From Dehalococcoidia bacterium (lineage in GTDB: Bacteria > Chloroflexota > Dehalococcoidia > Lucifugimonadales > Australimonadaceae): a DNA stretch of 64,000 bases. Both the position numbers and the translations under genes were made by a program. This document shows, one piece after another, positions 1-8,607 of the stretch. Position 1 is the stretch's first letter. Each line of letters starts with the position of its first letter. The DNA lies in the NCBI GenBank assembly GCA_965249325.1, contig CBDFLP010000012.1, forward strand, positions 6,428 through 70,427. Reading direction: 5' to 3'. The notes below the pieces were generated by a model. The model was not told where the DNA came from. It worked only from the letters and a program-made list of their open reading frames with translations, and did no database searches.

Positions 1-1
1 C

Positions 2-1315
2 CGCATTGAAGAGGCGGCGCGCCTCTACGCAGAGGCCGTCGCGGGCGCGATTCTGCTTGGCGGCGACAACTCAGTGGGCGGCACGCGGCGCACCATCTCC
101 CGCATGGCCGCCGCGCTCGCCCTCGCCACCGGCAACGTGGGCAAGCCCGGCGCCGGCGTTATGCCGGTCTACCACGGGGCCAATGAGCAGGGCGCGTGGG
201 ACATGGGCGTGTGGTCGAACTCCATACCGGGCCACCACCTCCTGAGCGAGCAGTCAGCTGTCGAGTCGCTGGGAGAGTCCTGGGGCGCTCAGCTATCCGG
301 CGAGCCCGGCGTCGGCAACCGGCACGTCTTCGACAACGCGCGCGACGGCCAAGTGAAGGCCATGGTCGTCCTCGGCGACCACGTCCACTATGAGGACGGC
401 GGCCTAGGCGACACGCTGGCGGGCTTGGACAAGCTCGATTTCCTCGTCGTCAGCGATGCGTTCATGTCCGCGGCGGCAGAAAGGGCTGACGTTGTCTTCC
501 CGGCCGAGGTATGGGCTGAGAAGACTGGCACGTACACGAACATCGAACGCCGCGTCCAGCCGTTGCGCAAGGTGCTCAAGAACAAGCGGACTGAGTCCAG
601 GAGCGACCTCGAAGTCATTGCGGGCATCGCGCGCGCCATGGGCGGGGACGGGTTCGACTACGAGGGGCCGGAGCAAGCGCTTGACGAAATCGCGCGGGTA
701 GTCCCGGAGTATGCCGGGATCTCTTACCGGCGGCTGCTGCGCGAGCGAATCGAGGTCGCGACGCCGCCGGACAACGAGCCGCAACCGACCCAGGTTATGT
801 ACACGGGCAACGTCCTGTCCGGGATTCAATGGCCGTGCAAGGACGAGAACGATGCCGGCGCGCCCGTGATGTATGCGAACGGCTTTCGTCACGGCAAGGC
901 GGCGCTTCAACCGGTTGCGTGGCATCCCCGCCCGGCGCGGAACTCGCAGTTTCCGATGATGCTCGCCCACGGACGCGTGCTGATCCAATCGGGGCGCAAG
1001 CCGGAAGTGGTCAGCGACGGTAAGCGCAACCGTGTCGAGCGCGAGGAGATGCTCGTCCTGAACCCGGCTGACGCCGCAGCCGTGGGCCTCGTCGACGGAC
1101 AGCAGGCGGTCGTGGTCACGGAGCAAGGCTTCGAGAAGCGCGGTATGGTCGCGGCGTCGGATGCCGTCCCAGCAGGCGTCGTGTCCTTGACCACTTTGTT
1201 TGGAGAGCTTGCGGTTGAGGTTGACTCCTCGGACCGCCCGGACCCGACGAACCATATCCCCAGACTCAATGCGGCACCGGCCAGAATCGGCCCCGCACAG
1301 CCGGAGCAAGCATGA
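2..1315 (+). CDS. Molybdopterin-dependent oxidoreductase, C-terminal portion (formate dehydrogenase alpha / NuoG-like); 5' end outside window
   Basis: The frame stays open upstream of the listed 74..1315 ORF back to nt 2 (RIEEAARLYAEAVAGAILLGGDN...). It has a GANEQGAWDMG-type motif and a C-terminal molybdopterin-dinucleotide-binding-like segment (LVLNPADAAAVGLVDGQQAVVVTEQG). The stop overlaps the next start (ATGA 1312-1315). Confidence 0.8.
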   Translation, partial: RIEEAARLYAEAVAGAILLGGDNSVGGTRRTISRMAAALALATGNVGKPGAGVMPVYHGANEQGAWDMGVWSNSIPGHHLLSEQSAVESLGESWGAQLSGEPGVGNRHVFDNARDGQVKAMVVLGDHVHYEDGGLGDTLAGLDKLDFLVVSDAFMSAAAERADVVFPAEVWAEKTGTYTNIERRVQPLRKVLKNKRTESRSDLEVIAGIARAMGGDGFDYEGPEQALDEIARVVPEYAGISYRRLLRERIEVATPPDNEPQPTQVMYTGNVLSGIQWPCKDENDAGAPVMYANGFRHGKAALQPVAWHPRPARNSQFPMMLAHGRVLIQSGRKPEVVSDGKRNRVEREEMLVLNPADAAAVGLVDGQQAVVVTEQGFEKRGMVAASDAVPAGVVSLTTLFGELAVEVDSSDRPDPTNHIPRLNAAPARIGPAQPEQA

Positions 1316-2064
1316 CCCAACAACAAGACCGTTTGGCGCATCTGCCACGCGCATACGTGGCCAAGAAGCAGGAGGTGGCGGAGGACCTCTTCCTCCTCTG
1401 GCTGCGGCCCGACGAGCCCTTCCGGTTCAAGCCGGGCCAGTACATCACCATCGGGACCGGCGGGATCGAGCGTCCCTACTCGATAGCGTCAGCGCCCTAC
1501 GAGAATCTCATCGAACTGTTCGTCGAGTACGTCTTGCCTGAGTATGGAGGGAAGCTCACGCCGCTGCTGTGGAACCTCCACGTTGGGGACTCGGTGTCGA
1601 TGCGGCCCCGCGCGAAGGGCCTGTTCGTCTTTCAGCCGCAGTTCCACCATCACCTGATGCTGGGCACGGTTACGGGCGTGGCACCCTACGTGAGCATGAT
1701 CCGGCAGGCGTTGAAGGACAACACTCGTGGGCACCACTTCTACGTGATGGAGGGCGCGAGCCACCAGGACGAGTTCGTCTACGACTCTGAACTGAACCGT
1801 CTGGCGGAGCGCCTCCCGGAGATGGTCACGTTCGTGACGACGGTGAGCCGCCCGCAGGCCGAGCGCAACCGCAGCTGGAACGGGCCGACCGGGCGGGTGA
1901 ACACGCTCGTAGAGGAGTACGCCCAGCGCTGGAGTCTGCCCAAGGAGGACACTGCCGTCTACCTTTGCGGCAACCCCGGCATGATCGAGGACGTGAAGGA
2001 GCGCCTCGCGGGGAATGGCTGGAACGTCTACGAAGAGCGGTTCTGGAAGGAAGACGAGGCTTAG
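1312..2064 (+). CDS. Ferredoxin-NADP reductase-like FAD/NAD(P)-binding oxidoreductase
   Basis: 250 aa with the FNR-family R-x-Y-S motif (ERPYSIAS) and a GTGVAP nucleotide-binding loop (LGTVTGVAPYVSM). It is translationally coupled to the upstream oxidoreductase. Confidence 0.8.
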   Translation: MTQQQDRLAHLPRAYVAKKQEVAEDLFLLWLRPDEPFRFKPGQYITIGTGGIERPYSIASAPYENLIELFVEYVLPEYGGKLTPLLWNLHVGDSVSMRPRAKGLFVFQPQFHHHLMLGTVTGVAPYVSMIRQALKDNTRGHHFYVMEGASHQDEFVYDSELNRLAERLPEMVTFVTTVSRPQAERNRSWNGPTGRVNTLVEEYAQRWSLPKEDTAVYLCGNPGMIEDVKERLAGNGWNVYEERFWKEDEA

Positions 2065-2090
2065 GGGACAAGCCCCGCGGGAGGTCGCTG

Positions 2091-2531
2091 ATGGAAGTCA
2101 AAGAGTTGGGCCATGTCGTTCTATTCGTTAGCGACGTCGAACGCTCGCGCCATTTCTACACCGATATCCTGGGCTGGCGCGAGCTGCGCCGTGAGGGCGC
2201 GCGTCCGGGCACGGCCACGTATTCCACCGGACGAACGCACCACGAACTGTACCTGATGCAGGTTAGCGAGGATGCGCAGCCCATCCCCCAAGGCCCTCGC
2301 TTGGGCCTGTATCACATCGGCGTGAAGATCGGGACGACGGACGAGGAGCTTCAGGCAGCGCTTGCCGAGCTGCATGAAGCGGGAGTGCGTGTGATCGGCT
2401 CGTCAGATCACGGCCATACCCACAGCCTGTACATCCTCGACCCCGACGGCAATGAGGTTGAGCTGTACATCGACGTGCAGCCCGAGACGTGGAGGGAAGA
2501 CTTCGCGTCGGCCAAGCAACTTGCGCTCTAA
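2091..2531 (+). CDS. VOC/glyoxalase-bleomycin resistance-dioxygenase family protein
   Basis: ATG 2091 lies behind a GGGAGG RBS inside ORF 1965..2531. The sequence MEVKELGHVVLFVSDVERSRHFYTDILGW ... HIGVKI ... SLYILDPDGNEVELY is the typical paired beta-alpha-beta-beta-beta VOC pattern. Confidence 0.8.
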   Translation: MEVKELGHVVLFVSDVERSRHFYTDILGWRELRREGARPGTATYSTGRTHHELYLMQVSEDAQPIPQGPRLGLYHIGVKIGTTDEELQAALAELHEAGVRVIGSSDHGHTHSLYILDPDGNEVELYIDVQPETWREDFASAKQLAL

Positions 2532-2583
2532 GGCCGGCTGCCTCCACTTTCCGTTCCACGCCCCGCCTGGCTAGAATCTCCGG

Positions 2584-5169
2584 GTGGCGAGCCCCGTTCG
2601 TAAGCAATACCTCGAGATCAAGTCGCGCTATCCCGATGCGTTGCTCTTGTATCGCATGGGCGACTTCTACGAGACGTTCGATGAGGATGCCCGCCTAGCT
2701 GCGCGAGACTTGGAAATTGTGCTGACGCAGCGCGACATGGGGGAGGGGGAGGTCGTGCCCCTCGCGGGGATCCCGTTCCATGCGCTGGACGGCTACCTCG
2801 CCAAGCTTATTCGCAAGGGTCACCGGGTCGCGATAGCCGAGCAGACCAGTGAGCCCGACGGCAAGCGGCTCGTCGACCGCGGCGTCCTACGCGTAGTTAC
2901 GCCGGGCACGGTGATCGAGCCGGGCCTGCTCGACTCCGGCGCGAACAACTACCTGGCGGCCGTCGCCCTCGGCGGCGCGGAGTCCGGAGTCGCCTACGTC
3001 GACATCACGACGGGAGAGTTCGCCGTAACCCAGCTTGCGTCAGGCGCCGTTGCCGAGGAGCTTGCGCGGCTTGCTCCGTCCGAGGTCATCGTATCCGAGA
3101 GCGGGGCGTCCAGCTTGGATACGCAGTCGGCCCAATACAGCGTTACTAGGCTGAACGGCGCGAGCTTCGCGCCGAACGCGGCCCGCCGGCGTGTGCTGGA
3201 CCATTTCGGAGTGCGCTCTCTGGACGCTTTCGGATGCGAGTCGCTGGCCCTGGCGACGAGCGCCGCGGGCGCAATTATCGAGTACCTGGGCAAGACCCAC
3301 CAGGCTACGCTTCCTCAGCTGACAGGACTGCGGACCTACTCGACGGAGTCGTTCATGACGCTCGACCCGCAGACGCGGCGCAACCTCGAGTTATTCGAGG
3401 GCGGACGTTGGGGAGGGCGCGACCAGTCGCTCCTGAAAGTGCTCGACCTCACGGTAACGTCCATGGGGGCGCGGCTGCTGCGGCGATGGCTTGGCCAGCC
3501 GCTGCTTGACATCCCGGCTCTGGAGCAACGGCTCGACGCCGTGGCGTGGCTGCACGAGTCCGATGCCCGCCGCCAGCGGGTGCGCGCGCAGCTGGCGGAG
3601 GTCTCGGATATCGAGCGGGCGGTGCAGCGCATCGGGGCCGGGGCTGCGTTCCCGCGGGAAGTCGTGGGATTGCGTCACTCCCTGGAGCGCGTTCCTGCGC
3701 TCAGGACCCTCGCCGAAGAGGTCGGCGAGGGGTTGGGCTGGCTCGCAGGCGCCCTGGAGCCCTGTGCTCAGATCGTCGATCTGATCAGGACGACGATCGC
3801 CGACGACCCCCAGGGCGACGTGGGGCAGGGCAGGGTGGTCCGGGAGGGCTACTCAGCGGAGATGGACGAAGTGCGCTCCGCGGCCCAGGACGCCCGCTCC
3901 TACATCGCGGGGCTCGAACGCAAGGAACGCGAGCGCACCGGCATATCGAATCTGAGGGTCGGGTACAACAAAGTCTTTGGCTACTACCTCGAAGTGTCGA
4001 ACGCCAATCTAGCCAACGTGCCGGACGACTATGTCCGCCGTCAGACGCTGGTCAACGCGGAGCGCTTCTACACGCCGGAGCTCAAGGAACACGAGAATCG
4101 CGTCTTGAATGCGGGCGACCGCCTACAAGAGCTTGAGTCGGCAGTCTTCCGCCAGCTTTGCCGCCAGGTGACGGGCCAAGCGGCGCAGGCGTTGGCGACG
4201 GCCCAGGGGCTGGCGACGCTGGATGCGCTGCTGTCCTTGGCGGAGGCGGCCGTGCGCTACGGCTACGTTCGACCGACGCTGGACGAGGGCGAGCGGCTCT
4301 TCCTGCGCAAGGCGCGTCACCCGGTCGTCGAGCGCTTCCTGCCCAGCGGCTCGTTCGTCCCAAACGACACCGACCTCTCGACCGACAAGGACCAGCTCGT
4401 AATTCTCACGGGGCCGAACATGGCCGGCAAGTCGACGTATCTTCGGCAGGTGGCGACGGCAGCGCTGATGGCGCAGATCGGCTCCTTCGTGCCGGCGGAT
4501 GAGGCGCACGTGGGGCTGGTGGACCGAATCTTCACGCGGGTCGGCCTGCAGGACGACCTCGCCGCGGGGCAGTCCACATTCATGGTCGAGATGGTCGAGA
4601 CGGCCGCCATTCTCCACCACGCCACGCGCCGCTCCCTGGTCATCCTGGACGAGATTGGCCGGGGCACATCGACCTTCGACGGTCTCTCCATCGCCCAAGC
4701 GGTCGCCGAGCATATCCACAATGCCCCCATGCTCGGCTGCCGTACGCTGTTCGCGACCCACTACCACGAGCTGACGGCCCTCGCCAACCGGCTGCCGCGC
4801 GTCAGCAACCACAGCGTCGCGGTGTCCGACGAGGGAGGCGAGGTGGTCTTCCTGCATCGCATCACGCAGGGCGGAGCGGACAAGAGCTACGGCGTGCACG
4901 TAGCGCAGCTCGCGGGCCTTCCGAGGCCTCTCATCGACCGCGCCAGGGAGTTGTTGATCGAGCATGAGGCGGGAGGACCGACGAGGGCCAGAGGCAGGCG
5001 CGCGCTCCCAGGTGCGCCCGCGCAGGGCGAGTTGTCGCTGTTCGGTGGTCTGTCGCCCAAAGCCAGGGCGCTCCTCGACGAGCTGCGCGAGCTGGACGTG
5101 GACAATCTCACTCCCCGTCAGGCCCTCGACAAGCTTGCCGAGTTGCGGGGGCAGGCGGCGGAGGGTTGA
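2584..5169 (+). CDS. mutS: DNA mismatch repair protein MutS
   Basis: 861 aa with a GTG start. The N-terminal mismatch-binding motif is YRMGDFYETF, Walker A is GPNMAGKST, and the ABC region is STFMVEM...LDEIGRGTST. Confidence 0.96.
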   Translation: MASPVRKQYLEIKSRYPDALLLYRMGDFYETFDEDARLAARDLEIVLTQRDMGEGEVVPLAGIPFHALDGYLAKLIRKGHRVAIAEQTSEPDGKRLVDRGVLRVVTPGTVIEPGLLDSGANNYLAAVALGGAESGVAYVDITTGEFAVTQLASGAVAEELARLAPSEVIVSESGASSLDTQSAQYSVTRLNGASFAPNAARRRVLDHFGVRSLDAFGCESLALATSAAGAIIEYLGKTHQATLPQLTGLRTYSTESFMTLDPQTRRNLELFEGGRWGGRDQSLLKVLDLTVTSMGARLLRRWLGQPLLDIPALEQRLDAVAWLHESDARRQRVRAQLAEVSDIERAVQRIGAGAAFPREVVGLRHSLERVPALRTLAEEVGEGLGWLAGALEPCAQIVDLIRTTIADDPQGDVGQGRVVREGYSAEMDEVRSAAQDARSYIAGLERKERERTGISNLRVGYNKVFGYYLEVSNANLANVPDDYVRRQTLVNAERFYTPELKEHENRVLNAGDRLQELESAVFRQLCRQVTGQAAQALATAQGLATLDALLSLAEAAVRYGYVRPTLDEGERLFLRKARHPVVERFLPSGSFVPNDTDLSTDKDQLVILTGPNMAGKSTYLRQVATAALMAQIGSFVPADEAHVGLVDRIFTRVGLQDDLAAGQSTFMVEMVETAAILHHATRRSLVILDEIGRGTSTFDGLSIAQAVAEHIHNAPMLGCRTLFATHYHELTALANRLPRVSNHSVAVSDEGGEVVFLHRITQGGADKSYGVHVAQLAGLPRPLIDRARELLIEHEAGGPTRARGRRALPGAPAQGELSLFGGLSPKARALLDELRELDVDNLTPRQALDKLAELRGQAAEG

Positions 5170-5170
5170 G

Positions 5171-5593
5171 GTGCATCTAGGCGCGCATGTATTCGTGGAC
5201 GGCAACAACTTGATGGGCTCGCGCCCGGACGGGTGGTGGCGCGGCCGCGCGGCAGCGGAGCGGCGACTGGTCGAGCAGCTGGCGAGCGTCGCCCTGGATT
5301 TGGGCGGGCAGTGGACCGTCGTGTTCGACGGCGCGCCGCCAAGGGGCGAGCTTACGCCTCCGGCGCACGCGCTCAGCGTGGAGTACGCCGAACGTCGAGG
5401 CCCCGACGCTGCGGACGACCACATCGTGGGCCTCCTTGCCTCGCTGCCCAACGGAGCCGATGCGCTTGTCTACACATCGGACCGGCGGCTGCGCGAGCGA
5501 GCGTCCGCGCTGGCTGCGCGAGTGAAGGGCGTGAGCGCGTTGCTCAGGGAGATTGACGGCGGCGGGGAACGTCGGCGCGAGGAGCCACGATGA
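5171..5593 (+). CDS. NYN/YacP-like (PIN-fold) predicted RNA-binding protein
   Basis: GTG 5171 lies directly after the mutS stop. The sequence HLGAHVFVDGNNLMGSRPDGWW ... VVFDG ... VEYA..ADDHIV is the YacP/NYN pattern. Only the 3' part of ORF 4964..5593 is taken as real. Confidence 0.6.
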   Translation: MHLGAHVFVDGNNLMGSRPDGWWRGRAAAERRLVEQLASVALDLGGQWTVVFDGAPPRGELTPPAHALSVEYAERRGPDAADDHIVGLLASLPNGADALVYTSDRRLRERASALAARVKGVSALLREIDGGGERRREEPR

Positions 5594-6057
5594 CGAGTTG
5601 GGGCGACTTCGAGGCGGCGGACCCCGAGCTCGCGGCGTTAGGGCGGGCGCTGTTCTTGGAGACCCAGCTCACGCTCCTAGGTTCGCTGCGGAAGGACGGC
5701 TGGCCGCGCATCAGCCCCGTCGAGCCGCTCTTCCTCTCCGGGGAGCTCTACCTTGGCATGATGTGGCAGTCGCGCAAAGCCCTCGATCTCCTGCGGGATT
5801 CTCGCTGCACGGTTATGAACACGGTCCATGACCGCATGATCCCGGACGGCGAGTTCAAGCTATTCGGTCGCGCCGTCGAGGTCACGGACCCCGACGAGCG
5901 CGCGGCCTACGAGTCCGCACTCTACGAGCAATTAGGTTTCTCACCTACGGATACGGGCGACGAGGACTACCATCTATTCAAGATCGACGTCGCCAGCGCG
6001 TCCTTCGCCAAGATCCAGAACGACGAATGGGTGCGGAGGTTCTGGCGGGCGGGGTGA
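5590..6057 (+). CDS. Pyridoxamine 5'-phosphate oxidase (PPOX) family protein
   Basis: 155 aa with an ATGA overlap to the upstream gene. The GSLRKDGWPRISPVEP...GELYLG pattern is typical of split-barrel PPOX-like proteins. Confidence 0.65.
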   Translation: MTSWGDFEAADPELAALGRALFLETQLTLLGSLRKDGWPRISPVEPLFLSGELYLGMMWQSRKALDLLRDSRCTVMNTVHDRMIPDGEFKLFGRAVEVTDPDERAAYESALYEQLGFSPTDTGDEDYHLFKIDVASASFAKIQNDEWVRRFWRAG

Positions 6058-6127
6058 CCTCATCTCGTCGGAGTATGGCCTTTGGCCTGCTGAGAGCGGG
6101 TGAACCTGGACAGCGGCGTTACAATCA

Positions 6128-6937
6128 TTGCAGAGGTGGGCCATGGTCGATGAGCTGGTGAGGGAGCAAACCGAGACGGCGACGACGCAAGACCTCGCGG
6201 AGCAGTTCGCCCTGCGCCCCGACCTCGACGAGTCGCCTGAGTTCCTCGGCGGCCTATACAACCTGTCGGTCTGGAAGCCTAAGGACGCCGAGCACCGGTA
6301 CTTTCAGGAGCATGCTCCGAAGGCTGGCGAAGTCGCGCCGGACTTCACCCTCCCGCTCCTGGACGGCGGAGAGATTACTCTTTCGTCGCTGCGCGGGAAG
6401 CCGGTGATGATTGAGTTCGGCTCCGTCACCTGACCGCCGTGCGTAGCGGAGTCTCCGCTAATGGAACAGCTGGCCAAGCGGTATGCGGACGACGCGCACT
6501 TCCTGTTCGTCTACGTCCGCGAAGCACACCCCGGCGAGGCCTACCCGCCGCACCAGTACTACGAGCAGAAGACGCTGCACGCGAGGTCGTTCAGGGAGCG
6601 TCTGGGCATCGAGCGCACGATCGCAATCGATTCCCTGCAAGGCAAAGTGCACAGGGTGTACGGCGGCGTGTCGAACATGTCTTGGATCGTTGATCACACG
6701 GGCCGCGTCGCCTACCGGGCGGCATGGACAGTCGCGGACGACATAGAGTGGGCGCTCACGGAGATCATCGCGTCGCGGGAGCTGAAGCGCAGCGGGAAGT
6801 CCACCGCCACGTTCTACCGCGAGATCGTGGGGCTCCGGCCGCAACGCGCGCCGCTGGAGGGACTGCCGCGCTTCATGGGAGGCGCGGTGGCGGCGCGGCA
6901 GTTCGAAGCAGCCAAAGGGCGGACGGATCGGGGCTGA
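6128..6937 (+). CDS. Thioredoxin-fold, iodothyronine-deiodinase-like protein with in-frame UGA (probable selenocysteine at 6431-6433)
   Basis: ORFs 6128..6433 and 6461..6937 share one frame and are separated only by TGA. The context FGSVT-TGA-PPC puts the TGA at the nucleophile position of the GSxT[C/U]PP motif, and VYVREAHPGE follows downstream. A hairpin begins 10 nt after the TGA. Confidence 0.7.
6444..6460 (+). other. Putative bacterial SECIS hairpin
   Basis: Perfect 7-bp stem tagcgga / tccgcta with loop gtc, starting 10 nt after TGA 6431-6433. Confidence 0.55.
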
Positions 6938-7013
6938 TTGGCATATCCTGATAGCGATAGCTCCGCCGGGCGTAGTCACGGCGGCCTGATTCCGGAGGAG
7001 GACGTAGCCGATC

Positions 7014-7394
7014 GTGCCTATTTATGAGTTCAGATGCAATGCGTGCGGGGCCAAGTCCGCTCTCTTCTTCCGGCACATGACGACCGATGCGAAAGGGGAG
7101 TGCAGCCGGTGCGGCAGTCCCGACACGCGACGGCTCTTCTCGACCTTCCGCGTTCTCAAGCCCGCCGCCGACCCTAGCAAGCTGAACAAGGCGGAGCTGT
7201 TGGATGGCGTCGACTATACGAACCCGGGCTCTATGGCGCAGTTCTTCCGCCGCATGGGCGATTCGTTTGGCGACGCGCCCAACGAGCACATGGAAGAGAT
7301 AGTCGGAAGGCTCGACCACGGCGAGCCGGTGCACGAGGCGCTGGGGCTCGACATGGGCCACGATCACTCTGCCCCCGCTGCCGACGGCGACTGA
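7014..7394 (+). CDS. FmdB-family zinc-ribbon protein (CxxC...CxxC)
   Basis: MPIYEFRCNACGAKS...ECSRCGSPDTRRLFS is the canonical FmdB/CxxC_CxxC_SSSS N-terminus. Confidence 0.8.
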   Translation: MPIYEFRCNACGAKSALFFRHMTTDAKGECSRCGSPDTRRLFSTFRVLKPAADPSKLNKAELLDGVDYTNPGSMAQFFRRMGDSFGDAPNEHMEEIVGRLDHGEPVHEALGLDMGHDHSAPAADGD

Positions 7395-7421
7395 GCCAGG
7401 GGCCTACTCGCCTGCAATGCA

Positions 7422-7452
7422 AGAGGGGCGGGAGTATATCTCCCGCCCCTCT
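7422..7452. terminator. Bidirectional intrinsic-terminator-like hairpin between convergent genes
   Basis: 13-bp perfect inverted repeat agaggggcgggag / ctcccgcccctct with loop tatat. It lies between the + strand stop at 7394 and the - strand stop at 7482. Confidence 0.6.
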
Positions 7453-7481
7453 GCTCGTTCGCGTGTCAGCGTCGGAGCCGT

Positions 7482-8522
7482 CTAGTCGGGGACGTTGGCG
7501 AATGCCGGGAAGACCTTCAACGGGTTGGTGTTGATGATCGTGATCTTGTCCTCTTCCGAGAGCGAAGGCAGGTAGTCGATGACCGGGAGCAGGTTGTCGG
7601 AGGTGAGGCCGACTGCGGTCTGGGACGGGTGGTCGCTTTCCTTACGCACGTTGCGGCCAGAGCCGGGGGCTTCGGTGCCGAAGGCAATGTTCGCTGGGCC
7701 CCACTGCTTGATGGCAAGCTCGAGGTAGTCGATGTCGTACGTGCAGGTGTCGAAGAAGAGGTTGTCGCCCTTCCACTTGCCCCGGTGGCCGGAGGAAGCG
7801 ATGAAGCGGTCCAGCGCGCCTCCCGCGTGGGCGATGCAGATGCGGAGGCCGGGGAACTTCTCGAAGATGTCGCTGTAGGCGAGGATGCGCGTTGCGAGGA
7901 ACGTTTCGACGACGAACCCGACCTGGTAGTTGCCGGGGATGTGGCCGATGCGCGGATCTAGGCAGTTGGTGCCGTGGATGAACACCGGCACGTCCCACTC
8001 CTGGCACTTCTCATACACGGGGTGCCAGTAGGGCTCGTGCATGCCGGGTGAGTTGTGGCGGCCGTCCGGGTCCGGGCTCAGGTACGTGCCGACGAACCCG
8101 TAGTCCTTCACGTTCATCTCGAACTCGGGGATGCAGTTGCTGAGGTCCGGGGCCTCGGCAATCTGGGGCAGCATGGACGCGCCGAGGAAGCGGGTGGGGT
8201 GGTTCTGCACCTGCTTGCGGATGGTGTCATTTGTGAACTCGCACCATGGGTCGTAGAGGTTGCGGGGCATCCAGCCCATCATCGTGAACGGGCGCGGGCC
8301 GATGACTTGCACGTCGATGTTCCGCTCGTCCATGTACTCCGCGTGCATCTTGTTCGTCGCGGCGAACGCGTCGTCGCTGAGGTCGCCGCCCGCCGAGCCG
8401 GTCGCCCGCAGCGGGCTTGCGCCTACGTGCCCGGAGGAGAACCCTCCAACGATCCACGAGCGGACCGAATTCGGCGCCGATACGTGGCCGTGCACATCAA
8501 GAACCTTCGTGCCTTTGAACAT
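7482..8522 (-). CDS. Amidohydrolase_2 family metal-dependent hydrolase/decarboxylase (ACMSD-like)
   Basis: 346 aa. The N-terminal VLDVHGHV metal-binding HxH motif, a later HGT..., and IAHAGG are typical of this family. Confidence 0.85.
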   Translation of the reverse strand: MFKGTKVLDVHGHVSAPNSVRSWIVGGFSSGHVGASPLRATGSAGGDLSDDAFAATNKMHAEYMDERNIDVQVIGPRPFTMMGWMPRNLYDPWCEFTNDTIRKQVQNHPTRFLGASMLPQIAEAPDLSNCIPEFEMNVKDYGFVGTYLSPDPDGRHNSPGMHEPYWHPVYEKCQEWDVPVFIHGTNCLDPRIGHIPGNYQVGFVVETFLATRILAYSDIFEKFPGLRICIAHAGGALDRFIASSGHRGKWKGDNLFFDTCTYDIDYLELAIKQWGPANIAFGTEAPGSGRNVRKESDHPSQTAVGLTSDNLLPVIDYLPSLSEEDKITIINTNPLKVFPAFANVPD

Positions 8523-8607
8523 AGTCTCTCCCTTTTGCGCCTATCGGATCCTCCGCGGCGCGGTGTGTTGGTATCGAGAAGCGGGAGTCCCGCTTCAGAA
8601 GTCGATT

